A DNA stretch of 27,113 nucleotides, from the NCBI GenBank assembly GCA_038205935.1, contig JBBRBK010000025.1:1-27113 (forward strand), given 5' to 3'. The position numbers and the translations under genes were made by a program. The notes below the pieces were generated by a model. The model did not search any database, was not told the DNA's origin, and saw nothing but the letters and a program-made list of their open reading frames with translations. The DNA comes from Campylobacterales bacterium. Its GTDB lineage: Bacteria > Campylobacterota > Campylobacteria > Campylobacterales > Sulfurimonadaceae. Shown here piece by piece: positions 18,911-27,082 of this stretch. Position 1 is the stretch's first letter, and the number at the start of each line of letters is the position of its first letter.

Positions 18911-20443
18911 ATGAATACACATGATGGTGAAAATATAGAATTAAAATTTTTAACAATAGAAGATTATGAAGAGTTAAAAGAGGTGATGCAGGTGGTTTAT
19001 GCTTCTATGCCTGAATCATATTGGAAACAATCTCAGATACAAACACTTATCGACAAGTTTTCCGAAGGTCAAGTAGTCATAAAAGTAGATGGCGAGATCG
19101 CGGCTTGTGCTTTGTCAATTATTGTCAATTATGATGATTTTTCTGATAAACATACTTACAGCGAAATTACGGGCAATTATACTTTTTGTACACATACAAA
19201 TAGCGGTGATATGCTTTATGGCATTGATGTTTTTGTAAAGCCAAAATTTCGAGGACTCCGTCTTGGAAGACGATTGTATGATTACAGAAAAGAGTTGTGT
19301 GAAAAATTAAACCTCAAAGGTATCGCTTTTGGAGGAAGAATCCCAAATTATCATAAATATATGCAGGAGCTTTCACCAAAAGAGTATATTGACAAGGTAA
19401 GAAGAAAAGAGATCCAAGACCCCGTTTTAAATTTTCAAATCTCGAATGACTTTTACCCATCAAAAATTATCAAAGGATATCTCGAGGGAGATGTTGCATC
19501 TAATGAATATGCAGTTTTACTTGAATGGAAAAATATCTATTACGAAAAGCCAAATAAAAAGGCCACAAGCAAGAAAAAAATCGTCCGTTTAGGTCTTATC
19601 CAATGGCAGATGCGTCCTTATAAAGATCTCGATGAACTAATGCGACATGCGGAGTATTTTATAGATGCCGTTTCTGCTTATAGATCAGATTTTGCTCTTT
19701 TGCCAGAGTTTTTTAACGCTCCGTTGATGGCTGAAAATAATCATCTCTCTGAAGCAGCTGCGATCCGCGAGTTGGCAAAACACACGAAAAATATTGTAGA
19801 TAAATTCTCTGAACTCTCCATCTCATATAACATCAACATCATCACAGGAAGTATGCCTGAAGTCAGAGATGGGAACCTTTATAATGTAGGTTATCTTTGT
19901 AGACGTGATGGTACTGTTGAGAGATATGAGAAAATCCATGTGACACCAGATGAAGCAAAAGTTTGGGGAATGCAGGGTGGAACGAAGCTAGAAACTTTTG
20001 ATACGGATTGCGGAAGAATAGGGGTTCTTATCTGTTATGATTCAGAGTTTCCAGAACTGAGCCGTCTTCTTGCCGAAGATGGAATGGATATCTTATTTGT
20101 TCCATTTTTAACAGATACGCAAAATGGCTACTCAAGAGTACGTCATTGTTCACAAGCCAGAGCGATTGAAAATGAGTGTTATGTGGCGATTGCTGGAAGT
20201 GTTGGAAACCTGCCAAATGTTCACAATATGGATATGCAATATGCACAATCCGTGGTATTTACACCTTGTGATTTTGCATTTCCAACCAACGGCATTAAAG
20301 CAGAAGCTGTGGCAAACAGCGAAATGACGCTTATAGCCGATGTCGATATTGATCTTTTAAGAGAACTCAACGAGTTTGGAAGTGTCAAAAATCTTCGTGA
20401 TAGAAGAAAAGATATTTTTGATCTCAAAAAAAAAGATAAATAA
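18911..20443 (+). CDS. Bifunctional GNAT acetyltransferase / carbon-nitrogen hydrolase (nitrilase superfamily)
   Basis: N-terminal GNAT motif A (V.PKFRGLRLGRRL) and a C-terminal E-K-C triad (LPEFF, YEKIH, ICYDSEFPE), plus ARAIEN. Confidence 0.92.
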   Translation: MNTHDGENIELKFLTIEDYEELKEVMQVVYASMPESYWKQSQIQTLIDKFSEGQVVIKVDGEIAACALSIIVNYDDFSDKHTYSEITGNYTFCTHTNSGDMLYGIDVFVKPKFRGLRLGRRLYDYRKELCEKLNLKGIAFGGRIPNYHKYMQELSPKEYIDKVRRKEIQDPVLNFQISNDFYPSKIIKGYLEGDVASNEYAVLLEWKNIYYEKPNKKATSKKKIVRLGLIQWQMRPYKDLDELMRHAEYFIDAVSAYRSDFALLPEFFNAPLMAENNHLSEAAAIRELAKHTKNIVDKFSELSISYNINIITGSMPEVRDGNLYNVGYLCRRDGTVERYEKIHVTPDEAKVWGMQGGTKLETFDTDCGRIGVLICYDSEFPELSRLLAEDGMDILFVPFLTDTQNGYSRVRHCSQARAIENECYVAIAGSVGNLPNVHNMDMQYAQSVVFTPCDFAFPTNGIKAEAVANSEMTLIADVDIDLLRELNEFGSVKNLRDRRKDIFDLKKKDK

Positions 20444-20447
20444 ATAG

Positions 20448-21212
20448 ATGTTTGACACGCAACAACACAAAATGGTGCAAAGCGAAGACGGTAGTTTTAC
20501 GGCTTATTCTACAGAGTTTGATGAGCATTATCACTCTACCAAAGATGGCGCACTGCAAGAATCTTTACAAAAGCATGTGATTCCTGCACTCTTACATGTA
20601 AGCAATAAAGAGGAGATATCGATTTTAGATATCTGCTTTGGGCTTGGTTTTAATACTCTTGCTACGCTTTATTATATGAAAAAAGAGGGGATTAAAAAGC
20701 GGCTCACTATCTACTCGCCTGAGTTTGATAAAGCGTTAATTAGCTCACTTGGGCACTTCCAATATCCTGATATTTTTAAAGAGTTTCAAGAGATTATTTA
20801 CGCGCTTTCAAGCACTGGCGAGTATAGAGATGAGAGCTTACATGTAAGCCTTTATCTTGGTGATGCGAGAGAGTTCCTTCTTACATGTAAAGAAAAGTTT
20901 GACATCGTGTATCAGGATGCTTTTTCGCCAGCATCAAACCCTATCCTTTGGACAAAAGAGTATTTTGCAGATATTGCCCGAGTGATAAAAGAGGATGGGA
21001 TTTTAACGACGTATTCCATCTCTTTGGCGACTCGTTTGGCTTTACATGGAAGCGGATTTTATATTTATCTTTATAAACCAGAAGGTTGTAGAAGTTCAAC
21101 TTTAGCTTCACTTAAAGAATTAAGCGGCTATGAAAAAGTGGATATGGCGCATAAAATATCTTGCAATCCCGAGGCAAAACCTCTCTATGATTTAGAGATA
21201 GAGCCTTTTTAA
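20448..21212 (+). CDS. mnmD: tRNA mnm5s2U34 methyltransferase, stand-alone MnmC methyltransferase domain (MnmD-like)
   Basis: DGS.T.YS..FDEHYHS..GAL.ES, LDICFGLG.N, DAFSP..NP.LW and TTYS. Confidence 0.85.
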   Translation: MFDTQQHKMVQSEDGSFTAYSTEFDEHYHSTKDGALQESLQKHVIPALLHVSNKEEISILDICFGLGFNTLATLYYMKKEGIKKRLTIYSPEFDKALISSLGHFQYPDIFKEFQEIIYALSSTGEYRDESLHVSLYLGDAREFLLTCKEKFDIVYQDAFSPASNPILWTKEYFADIARVIKEDGILTTYSISLATRLALHGSGFYIYLYKPEGCRSSTLASLKELSGYEKVDMAHKISCNPEAKPLYDLEIEPF

Positions 21213-22226
21213 AACAGTGATAATACTCTCGACTGCTTTGATGGTCGTAGTCTCATTAACCGTGTGATAGCCGATCGTTGGAATCTGGAGTGTTGCGCCT
21301 TGGATCGCGCCTTTGGTTGCGTGGATTAGACGTCCAAGCTCCGTTACTCCGATGGAGCCTTTGCCTCCGTTTTGTTCCATTCTCTTTTTGAGATAAACAT
21401 CTTTATAGTCAAAACGAATCTTCTCTTTTTTGGCGATATCTTTGATCCTCTTTTTTAAAGGAGAGCGAAAGATGGCATTTGCATCTCTGTTTCTCACTAC
21501 GATATCAATATTTTGGATCTCTTCGAGTGTTTTGTAGGGACTTGTATCCAAAACGAGTAGTTCATTTGTTGAGATATCAAAACGTTTAAACCATTCAAGT
21601 AAAAATCTCCAGCTTTTTCCAGCCTCTTCAGATGAGGTAAAAAATGCCGTTCCCTGATATCCTTTTGCATACATGTAAAGGATGATAGCGACAGAAAGCA
21701 CATTGTCAAGCTGTGCGGAGATGAGCTCGTCTTTTACTTCAAGCTTATCTACAAATGCGATGGGCGTTGCAGGGAAAAGGTGTTCAAATCCCTCGACCTT
21801 AAAGATAATATTATTTCGACGTTTACAAAGCCGTGCCTCTGTAATGGCTCCTAGTCCAAGATAATTTCCAGACCAAGGTTCATACGCTTGCACTTTTTCA
21901 TCTACAAAGCGTTCTGTAAAGTTGTTAAGCCACTGTTCTGAAGAAGAGTTTCCAGTAAGATCGGCGCGGTTTTTGGCGATAAAGGCAGCGTACTGAAACT
22001 CATTGTGTCCGGTACAGATAAGTCCGTTTCTATCTGCATGTGCGGAGATATAACCACTTTGAGGATTAATCCCTTTTGCTACAAGAACCCCATCATAATA
22101 CTCAACAGTAACTTCCATCTCTTCAAGTTCACGTTTTACAAACATAAAAAAGGGATGTTCTTCTCCAACAACGCTCGGGATTCGGATCAACTGTTTTAAA
22201 ATATCGAAAAACTGTTCTTGTATCAT
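21192..22226 (-). CDS. Dinuclear zinc peptidase, M42/M28/M20 (clan MH)-like
   Basis: Metal-ligand motifs SAHAD, AQLDN, SSEEAG, LDT and GYHT. ATGA overlap with the upstream gene. Confidence 0.82.
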   Translation of the reverse strand: MIQEQFFDILKQLIRIPSVVGEEHPFFMFVKRELEEMEVTVEYYDGVLVAKGINPQSGYISAHADRNGLICTGHNEFQYAAFIAKNRADLTGNSSSEQWLNNFTERFVDEKVQAYEPWSGNYLGLGAITEARLCKRRNNIIFKVEGFEHLFPATPIAFVDKLEVKDELISAQLDNVLSVAIILYMYAKGYQGTAFFTSSEEAGKSWRFLLEWFKRFDISTNELLVLDTSPYKTLEEIQNIDIVVRNRDANAIFRSPLKKRIKDIAKKEKIRFDYKDVYLKKRMEQNGGKGSIGVTELGRLIHATKGAIQGATLQIPTIGYHTVNETTTIKAVESIITVLKRLYL

Positions 22227-23272
22227 TCTATCGTGTCCTCTTCATGCAGTTCTAAAAATTCGCTTTGTTCTAAAATCTCTTCATTGTAATATTCGATTTT
22301 CTCTTCCGCACCATCAAGATCTCTAAATTTTGCTATATGAAAAACAGCGTCTCCTTCTTGTACAAGGGGAATCTCAGATTTACCTATAATCACGCCATCA
22401 AAGGGTGCTATGATCTCAAAACTTCCATCTTCAAGAGGGTTGTCCGTATAAGCGATGATTTCATCTTTTATAACCGTGCTTCCAAGAGGTTTGATGGTTC
22501 TAAGAACTCCACTCTCGCCTGCGCGTACCCACTGACTTGTCTTTGTGATGATGGGAGTTTTGAGAGCTTGTTTCACTTTTCTTTTTGGAAGCATCTCATT
22601 TTCTCGTAAAACATTAATGATGCCTCTTACACCGATACGAATACTCGTCTCATCAAATCTTAGAGCTTCTCCTGCTTCATATAAAAGAATCGGAACGCCG
22701 TTTTCCTGAGCAACGGAGCGAAGAGAACCATCTCGAAGTTCTGAGTGTAAAATGACGGGAGCTTCAAAGGCAAGAGCGAGTCTAAAAGTATGTTCATTTT
22801 CTATATTTGTGCGAACTTGGGGAAGGTTTGATTTATGGATAGAGGCAGTATGCAGGTCGATGCCAAGAGTACATTTACTTACAATCTCATCAAAAAATAT
22901 TTTTGCAACTCTGCTTGTCAGCGAGCCTTTGGCGCTTCCTGGAAAACTACGGTTGAGGTCACGTCTGTCTGGAAGATAGCGAGAAAGTGTCATAATTCCA
23001 TACACATTGACTATGGGAACCAAGATAAGTGTACCGCGCAGTTTTTGTAGGATTTCCAGCTTGCCTAAACGTCTAATAATCTCTATGCCATTAAGTTCAT
23101 CTCCATGGATAGCAGCGCTGATAAAGACAACAGGACCACTTTTTTTACCGCGAATCACTCGAATAGGAAGTTCTGTAGGTGTGTTGTAGAGTTTAGGTAG
23201 ATCAATATTGATAAGCACATCCGAGTTTTTTTCTATTTTTATACCGGCTATTATAAACGGTTCATTTAGCAT
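22223..23272 (-). CDS. Succinylglutamate desuccinylase/aspartoacylase (AstE/AspA, M14-like) family protein
   Basis: AIHGDELNG, DLNRSFPG, DLHT and YEAGE, with a C-terminal biotinyl/lipoyl-like segment. Confidence 0.9.
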   Translation of the reverse strand: MLNEPFIIAGIKIEKNSDVLINIDLPKLYNTPTELPIRVIRGKKSGPVVFISAAIHGDELNGIEIIRRLGKLEILQKLRGTLILVPIVNVYGIMTLSRYLPDRRDLNRSFPGSAKGSLTSRVAKIFFDEIVSKCTLGIDLHTASIHKSNLPQVRTNIENEHTFRLALAFEAPVILHSELRDGSLRSVAQENGVPILLYEAGEALRFDETSIRIGVRGIINVLRENEMLPKRKVKQALKTPIITKTSQWVRAGESGVLRTIKPLGSTVIKDEIIAYTDNPLEDGSFEIIAPFDGVIIGKSEIPLVQEGDAVFHIAKFRDLDGAEEKIEYYNEEILEQSEFLELHEEDTIE

Positions 23273-24205
23273 TTAGGCTCCAATGATATCCTTCTTGATC
23301 TTTTTACGTTTTGTACTTGTATCACTTTTTGGTGTGACATTCTTTTCTATATAGTCCATGATTTTAGTGGCGATATCGATATTGGTTGATTTTTCTATAC
23401 CCTCTAATCCTGGAGAAGAGTTTACTTCCATCACAAGCGGACCACGAGAAGAGGGGATCATATCGACTCCGCATACACCAAGTCCCATCGATTTTGCAGC
23501 AGCAATGGCTGTGGTTTTTTCTTTTCTTGTAAGTTTATGTGCACTCGCACTTCCGCCTTGATGCAGGTTTGATCTAAAATCTCCCTCCGCACCTTGACGT
23601 TTCATAGCTCCAACAACTTCGCCGCCAACGACAAAAGCTCGTATGTCAGCGCCTCCTGCTTCTTCTATATACTCTTGAACAAGAAGGTTGACATCCATGC
23701 CATAAAATGCGTCGAGGACTGATTTCGCTGCTTTTTCGCTGTCGACCAAAACGACGCCGACACCTTGTGTACCCTCTAAAATTTTAAGTACCAAAGGCGC
23801 TCCACCACTGAGCTCGATCACATCTTTTGCGCTCGATTTATTGGATGCAAAGACTGTTTTTGGCAGATCGACACCATTTTTAGAAAGAATCTGAAGGCTT
23901 CTAAGTTTGTCTCGGCTTCTGGCAATTGCCAAATTTCCAGAGGTTGAAAATGCGCCCATCATCTCAAAGTGACGTACCATGGCAGTACCAAAAAATGTGC
24001 GGCTCGCACCAATGCGAGGGATGATGGCATCAGGTGCTGGAAGTTCTTTTCCATTGTAGATGACTCTGAGTTCGCCCTTCATAATTTCGATAGAACATTT
24101 GAGATAATCAACTACTTGGACTTCCCAATCTTTGGCTTTAGCTGCTTCTAGCAGTCTTCTTGTTGAGTAAAGATTTTTGTTTCTTGAAAGTATATAGAGT
24201 CTCAT
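23273..24205 (-). CDS. rimK: RimK family alpha-L-glutamate ligase (ATP-grasp)
   Basis: [47 protein letters not shown] and EVNSSPG. Confidence 0.95.
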   Translation of the reverse strand: MRLYILSRNKNLYSTRRLLEAAKAKDWEVQVVDYLKCSIEIMKGELRVIYNGKELPAPDAIIPRIGASRTFFGTAMVRHFEMMGAFSTSGNLAIARSRDKLRSLQILSKNGVDLPKTVFASNKSSAKDVIELSGGAPLVLKILEGTQGVGVVLVDSEKAAKSVLDAFYGMDVNLLVQEYIEEAGGADIRAFVVGGEVVGAMKRQGAEGDFRSNLHQGGSASAHKLTRKEKTTAIAAAKSMGLGVCGVDMIPSSRGPLVMEVNSSPGLEGIEKSTNIDIATKIMDYIEKNVTPKSDTSTKRKKIKKDIIGA

Positions 24206-24642
24206 AATTTTCCTTCGTAAGTTTGGGGTTTTGCCAGATACTCTTTTGAGACATCAACTAAAAATTTATTTGATAGAAATCTTCTGCCGATAAGCATAGG
24301 ATATTTCATATCCGCTCTGTTTGTGAGCGAAATGACGGTTTTATAACTCTTTCCAAAAAATGTCACCGTCACTTGAATGGATGGTCTATGTTGTACGATG
24401 CCGTTTGAGCTTTTTATCTTCTTGATCTTATAGATTGGTAGCGTTATTTTTTTGCCATGGTAAGAAGCGTGGACTTCATCTAAAAGCGTAAAAGTCACAT
24501 TTCCATTTTCATCGATTATGATGTCATCACAGTGCAGAGCGTTGGAATCAGCACCTGTATCTATTTTGGCATCAAGGTCGTAGAGCTGAAGATCTTCAAT
24601 GGAGATCAGCTCTTTTCTTCCAATTATCTTTTTGTCGCTCAT
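24202..24642 (-). CDS. RimK-associated retropepsin-like protease (so-called ATP-dependent Zn protease family, RimB-like)
   Basis: IGR.E, AKIDTGA.S.ALH, SSNG...R and L..R..M.YP.LIGR.FL. ATGA overlap with rimK. Confidence 0.88.
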   Translation of the reverse strand: MSDKKIIGRKELISIEDLQLYDLDAKIDTGADSNALHCDDIIIDENGNVTFTLLDEVHASYHGKKITLPIYKIKKIKSSNGIVQHRPSIQVTVTFFGKSYKTVISLTNRADMKYPMLIGRRFLSNKFLVDVSKEYLAKPQTYEGKL

Positions 24643-24657
24643 GATAAAAATACTCCT

Positions 24658-24912
24658 TTAGAGTTTTGATTCATTCTTCATCAGCCAGAGAAATACATCA
24701 ACTAAAGCATTATAAAGTTGTGGAGGTACCTCTTTGTCGATTTCCAAGTTTATCAAAGAATTGACAAGCTCTTGGTTACAAAAGATGGGCACATGAAACT
24801 CTTGCGCCTTTTCAATGATCTTTTGTGCAATCTCACCTTTACCCGATGCGATAACGCGTGGCGCGCCGTCTTGTTCCTTGTCGTATTTAAGGGCGACAGC
24901 TTTATCACTCAT
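24658..24912 (-). CDS. FlhB C-terminal domain-like protein (EscU/YscU/HrcU family, FlhX-like)
   Basis: KAVALKY.....AP.V.A.G.G..A..I...A....VP and P.LY. Confidence 0.9.
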   Translation of the reverse strand: MSDKAVALKYDKEQDGAPRVIASGKGEIAQKIIEKAQEFHVPIFCNQELVNSLINLEIDKEVPPQLYNALVDVFLWLMKNESKL

Positions 24913-24913
24913 C

Positions 24914-25528
24914 TTAGTAGAGTGAACTTATTTTATCTACTTCATCCCATGACGCGGCAGGCGCGCTTTTATGCTCTAAAATATGGGCGATATAGCGAGC
25001 AAACATATCGGTCTCGATGTTTACATGTGAGCCGCTTTTATAAGTTGCAAAAAGAGTTTCCTTCATCGTGTGTGGGATAATAGTCAGACGAAAAGAATCT
25101 TTAAAAACTTCATTCACAGTCAAGCTCACACCATCAATAGTGATAGAACCTTTTGGGACAATGTAAGGGATAAATTTTGCTTCAACTGAGATAAAAACAT
25201 CATAGCTATTACCGCTGTTTTTGATGGATGTAACAGTTCCAAGTGTGTCCACATGCCCTTGAACAATGTGTCCTTCAAACTTATCACCCATACTCATAGC
25301 AGGTTCGATATGGACTTTATTTTTGTAGTTTTCCAAAGCTAAAATCTTTTGGCTCTCAGGTGAGAGTTCGACACTAAAACCATCACTATGAAGAGCAGTC
25401 ACTGTAAGACAAGCACCGTTTATGGCGATAGAATCACCGATGCCTGCCTTGTATTTTGCGCGGAGAGTGAGAGTGTTGTTTGCAAAAGCTTTGACTTCTG
25501 CCATTTCGCGTATGAGTCCTGTGAACAA
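24914..25528 (-). CDS. ribE: Riboflavin synthase (alpha chain)
   Basis: MFTGLI, GDSIAINGACLT, GHIVQGHVD, KGSITIDGVSLT, IPHT and VNIETD. TTG start. Named ribC in some organisms. Confidence 0.95.
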   Translation of the reverse strand: MFTGLIREMAEVKAFANNTLTLRAKYKAGIGDSIAINGACLTVTALHSDGFSVELSPESQKILALENYKNKVHIEPAMSMGDKFEGHIVQGHVDTLGTVTSIKNSGNSYDVFISVEAKFIPYIVPKGSITIDGVSLTVNEVFKDSFRLTIIPHTMKETLFATYKSGSHVNIETDMFARYIAHILEHKSAPAASWDEVDKISSLY

Positions 25529-25538
25529 ATGCGTCCTT

Positions 25539-26225
25539 TTAAAAAACTATTTTTCCATCTTCTTGCAAAGATTTGATGATCTCTTTTGCTTTTTCATGCC
25601 CTTGGTATGCAGCTTTTCGACAAAGATCAAGCGCTTTGTCATGATCTTCTTCACATCCAAGACCTTGGTCATACATGAGACCTAGATTGTAAATTCCCTC
25701 TTTGAGTCCTGCGTCGGCTGAACGGGAAAAGCAGATAAATGCACGTTTCTCATCTTGAGATACGCCATGTCCATCTTTATATAAAACGCCGAGATTATTA
25801 AAAGCTTCAGGATGTCCGCGTTTTGCAGCTTCTTCATACCAAAATGCGGCTTCGCTGAAGCTACAGATACATCCAAGACCTTTTTCAAACATCACACCCA
25901 CTTCATACATCGCTGGTACTGCTTCGCGAACTGCCGACTCTAAAAAGAGCTCATGCGCTTTATATTGATCAAATGGAACTCCATGTTGACCGTTTGCATA
26001 AAAAAGTGCCAAGTTATAAAGTGCATAAGGCTGTTTTTTTTCTGCCGCTGCCCAGTAAAGTGCGATTGCTTTGTCCATATCTCGCTCACATCCTTGAGCA
26101 TTTTGGTACATGTAAGCCAAAGAAGTTTGTGCTTCTTCGTTTGATGCATCACTCAAAAGTGTGTAGAGTTCAAATGCTTTTACATAATCTTTGCTGTTGT
26201 AAGCATTGTGTGCTTCTTGTATCAT
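25539..26225 (-). CDS. Sel1-like repeat (SLR/TPR) protein
   Basis: About five repeats of A...LG.MY..G.G...D...A......AA..G...A. No signal peptide. Confidence 0.9.
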   Translation of the reverse strand: MIQEAHNAYNSKDYVKAFELYTLLSDASNEEAQTSLAYMYQNAQGCERDMDKAIALYWAAAEKKQPYALYNLALFYANGQHGVPFDQYKAHELFLESAVREAVPAMYEVGVMFEKGLGCICSFSEAAFWYEEAAKRGHPEAFNNLGVLYKDGHGVSQDEKRAFICFSRSADAGLKEGIYNLGLMYDQGLGCEEDHDKALDLCRKAAYQGHEKAKEIIKSLQEDGKIVF

Positions 26226-26425
26226 TTTACCTCATTTTCTGTGCGTATAGGTTGGCGATAATTGGTTTGATTTCCTTTTCTCGCTGCTTTTGCTTTTGTT
26301 ATTTTGGCTTTGAGCATCTCTTTTTCGCTCATGAGATCATCACGAATAAGGTGTTCACCGCCACCATCAATCTCTTCATCATAGGTAACGACTTCAGGTT
26401 TATAATCTTTAAATGGATCTGTCAT
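26222..26425 (-). CDS. Small hypothetical protein (acidic N-half, basic C-half)
   Basis: ATGA overlap with the Sel1 gene, purine-rich RBS, and a - strand TATAAT at 26470-26475. Confidence 0.65.
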   Translation of the reverse strand: MTDPFKDYKPEVVTYDEEIDGGGEHLIRDDLMSEKEMLKAKITKAKAARKGNQTNYRQPIRTENEVK

Positions 26426-26469
26426 GTCATTTCTCTCTACTCAATAAGGCTTATTTTATACAGAGTATC

Positions 26470-26557
26470 ATTATAAAGGGATAAAACCTTTAGAGAAGCT
26501 CTTAAAATCGTACTAGTTTAAGAAAAACTTTTTTTATTATCTTTGCTCTTTTATAAT
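26470..26557. promoter_or_regulatory. Divergent -10 boxes
   Basis: TATAAT on the - strand (26470-26475) ahead of the leftward operon, and TATAAT on + (26552-26557) ahead of rubredoxin. Confidence 0.5.
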
Positions 26558-26588
26558 TTGAGTAAATTTTATTTACGAGGTGAGAGTT

Positions 26589-26753
26589 ATGAAAAAATAT
26601 ATTTGTACTGTATGTGATTATATTTATGATCCTGAGGTTGGAGATGAAGATGGCGGTATCGCCGCTGGAACTCCATTTGAAGATATTCCCGATGATTGGG
26701 TTTGTCCAGATTGTGGTGTGTCTAAAGATATGTTTGAAGCCTTAGAGGAGTAA
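26589..26753 (+). CDS. Rubredoxin (54 aa; not in ORF track)
   Basis: Translated by hand as [54 protein letters not shown], with the two CxxC knuckles. Confidence 0.96.
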   Translation: MKKYICTVCDYIYDPEVGDEDGGIAAGTPFEDIPDDWVCPDCGVSKDMFEALEE

Positions 26754-26764
26754 ATCTCCTCTAA
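26742..26764. terminator. Hairpin between convergent rubredoxin and ppnP
   Basis: Perfect 9-bp stem TTAGAGGAG-TAAAT-CTCCTCTAA with the rubredoxin stop codon in the loop. No clear U tract. Confidence 0.5.
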
Positions 26765-26767
26765 AAC

Positions 26768-27082
26768 TTAAGCTATGTATGAACAGCAGTAGTCGGTTAT
26801 AGTTTTTACTTTGATATCAAATGAGCTGTTAGCTGGTACTTCAAACACGCAAGGTGCTTGCATATCGACAAATGCATCACTCCCAGGAAGTTTGATTGAA
26901 ATCTCGCCTACTAGTATCTCCATGATCTCTGCATCCGCAGTGCCAAAAGTATAATCGCCCTCAAGCATAATGCCTAAAGTTTTTTTCTCTCCAGAAGCAA
27001 ATTCGATTGTGCGGCTAGTAACTTTTCCGCCAAAATAGATATTTGCTTCTTTTACTACGTCTACATTTGTAAATTTTGACAT
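26768..27082 (-). CDS. ppnP: Pyrimidine/purine nucleoside phosphorylase (DUF1255/YaiE cupin)
   Basis: AN.YF.GKV.S, KKTLG.M..G.Y.FGT...E.M, F.VPANS.F and DYCCSY. Upstream - strand TATAAT at 27105-27110. Confidence 0.9.
   Translation of the reverse strand: MSKFTNVDVVKEANIYFGGKVTSRTIEFASGEKKTLGIMLEGDYTFGTADAEIMEILVGEISIKLPGSDAFVDMQAPCVFEVPANSSFDIKVKTITDYCCSYIA

Larger units (their letters stand above)
6951..26114. repeat. Dispersed highly iterated palindrome (CT)TACATGTA(AG); coordinates give the span of copies, not a continuous feature
   Basis: Exact TACATGTA at 6953, 7951, 9480, 12178, 12746, 12833, 17282, 17667, 17679, 20593, 20839, 20882, 21670 and 26107 (manual count). Confidence 0.85.

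Noticed and set aside
24658..24912. Truncated flhB pseudogene
   Set aside because: Intact stand-alone FlhB-C family ORF. From recall, the same pairing with riboflavin synthase occurs in H. pylori (HP1574/HP1575).
25529..25560. FMN riboswitch upstream of riboflavin synthase
   Set aside because: Only 10 nt separate the gene from the upstream Sel1 gene, and no RFN-element motifs are present.
6951..26114. TACATGTA copies as a CRISPR array or IS ends
   Set aside because: The unit is only 8-14 bp, irregularly spaced and mostly intragenic. No cas or transposase gene is in the window.
1487..26152. Many 60-123 aa alternative-frame or antisense ORFs in the track
   Set aside because: All lie within well-supported genes and show no family motifs or RBS.
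25973..26476. 167-aa + strand ORF
   Set aside because: Antisense shadow of the Sel1 gene and the small hypothetical. No RBS or recognizable motif.
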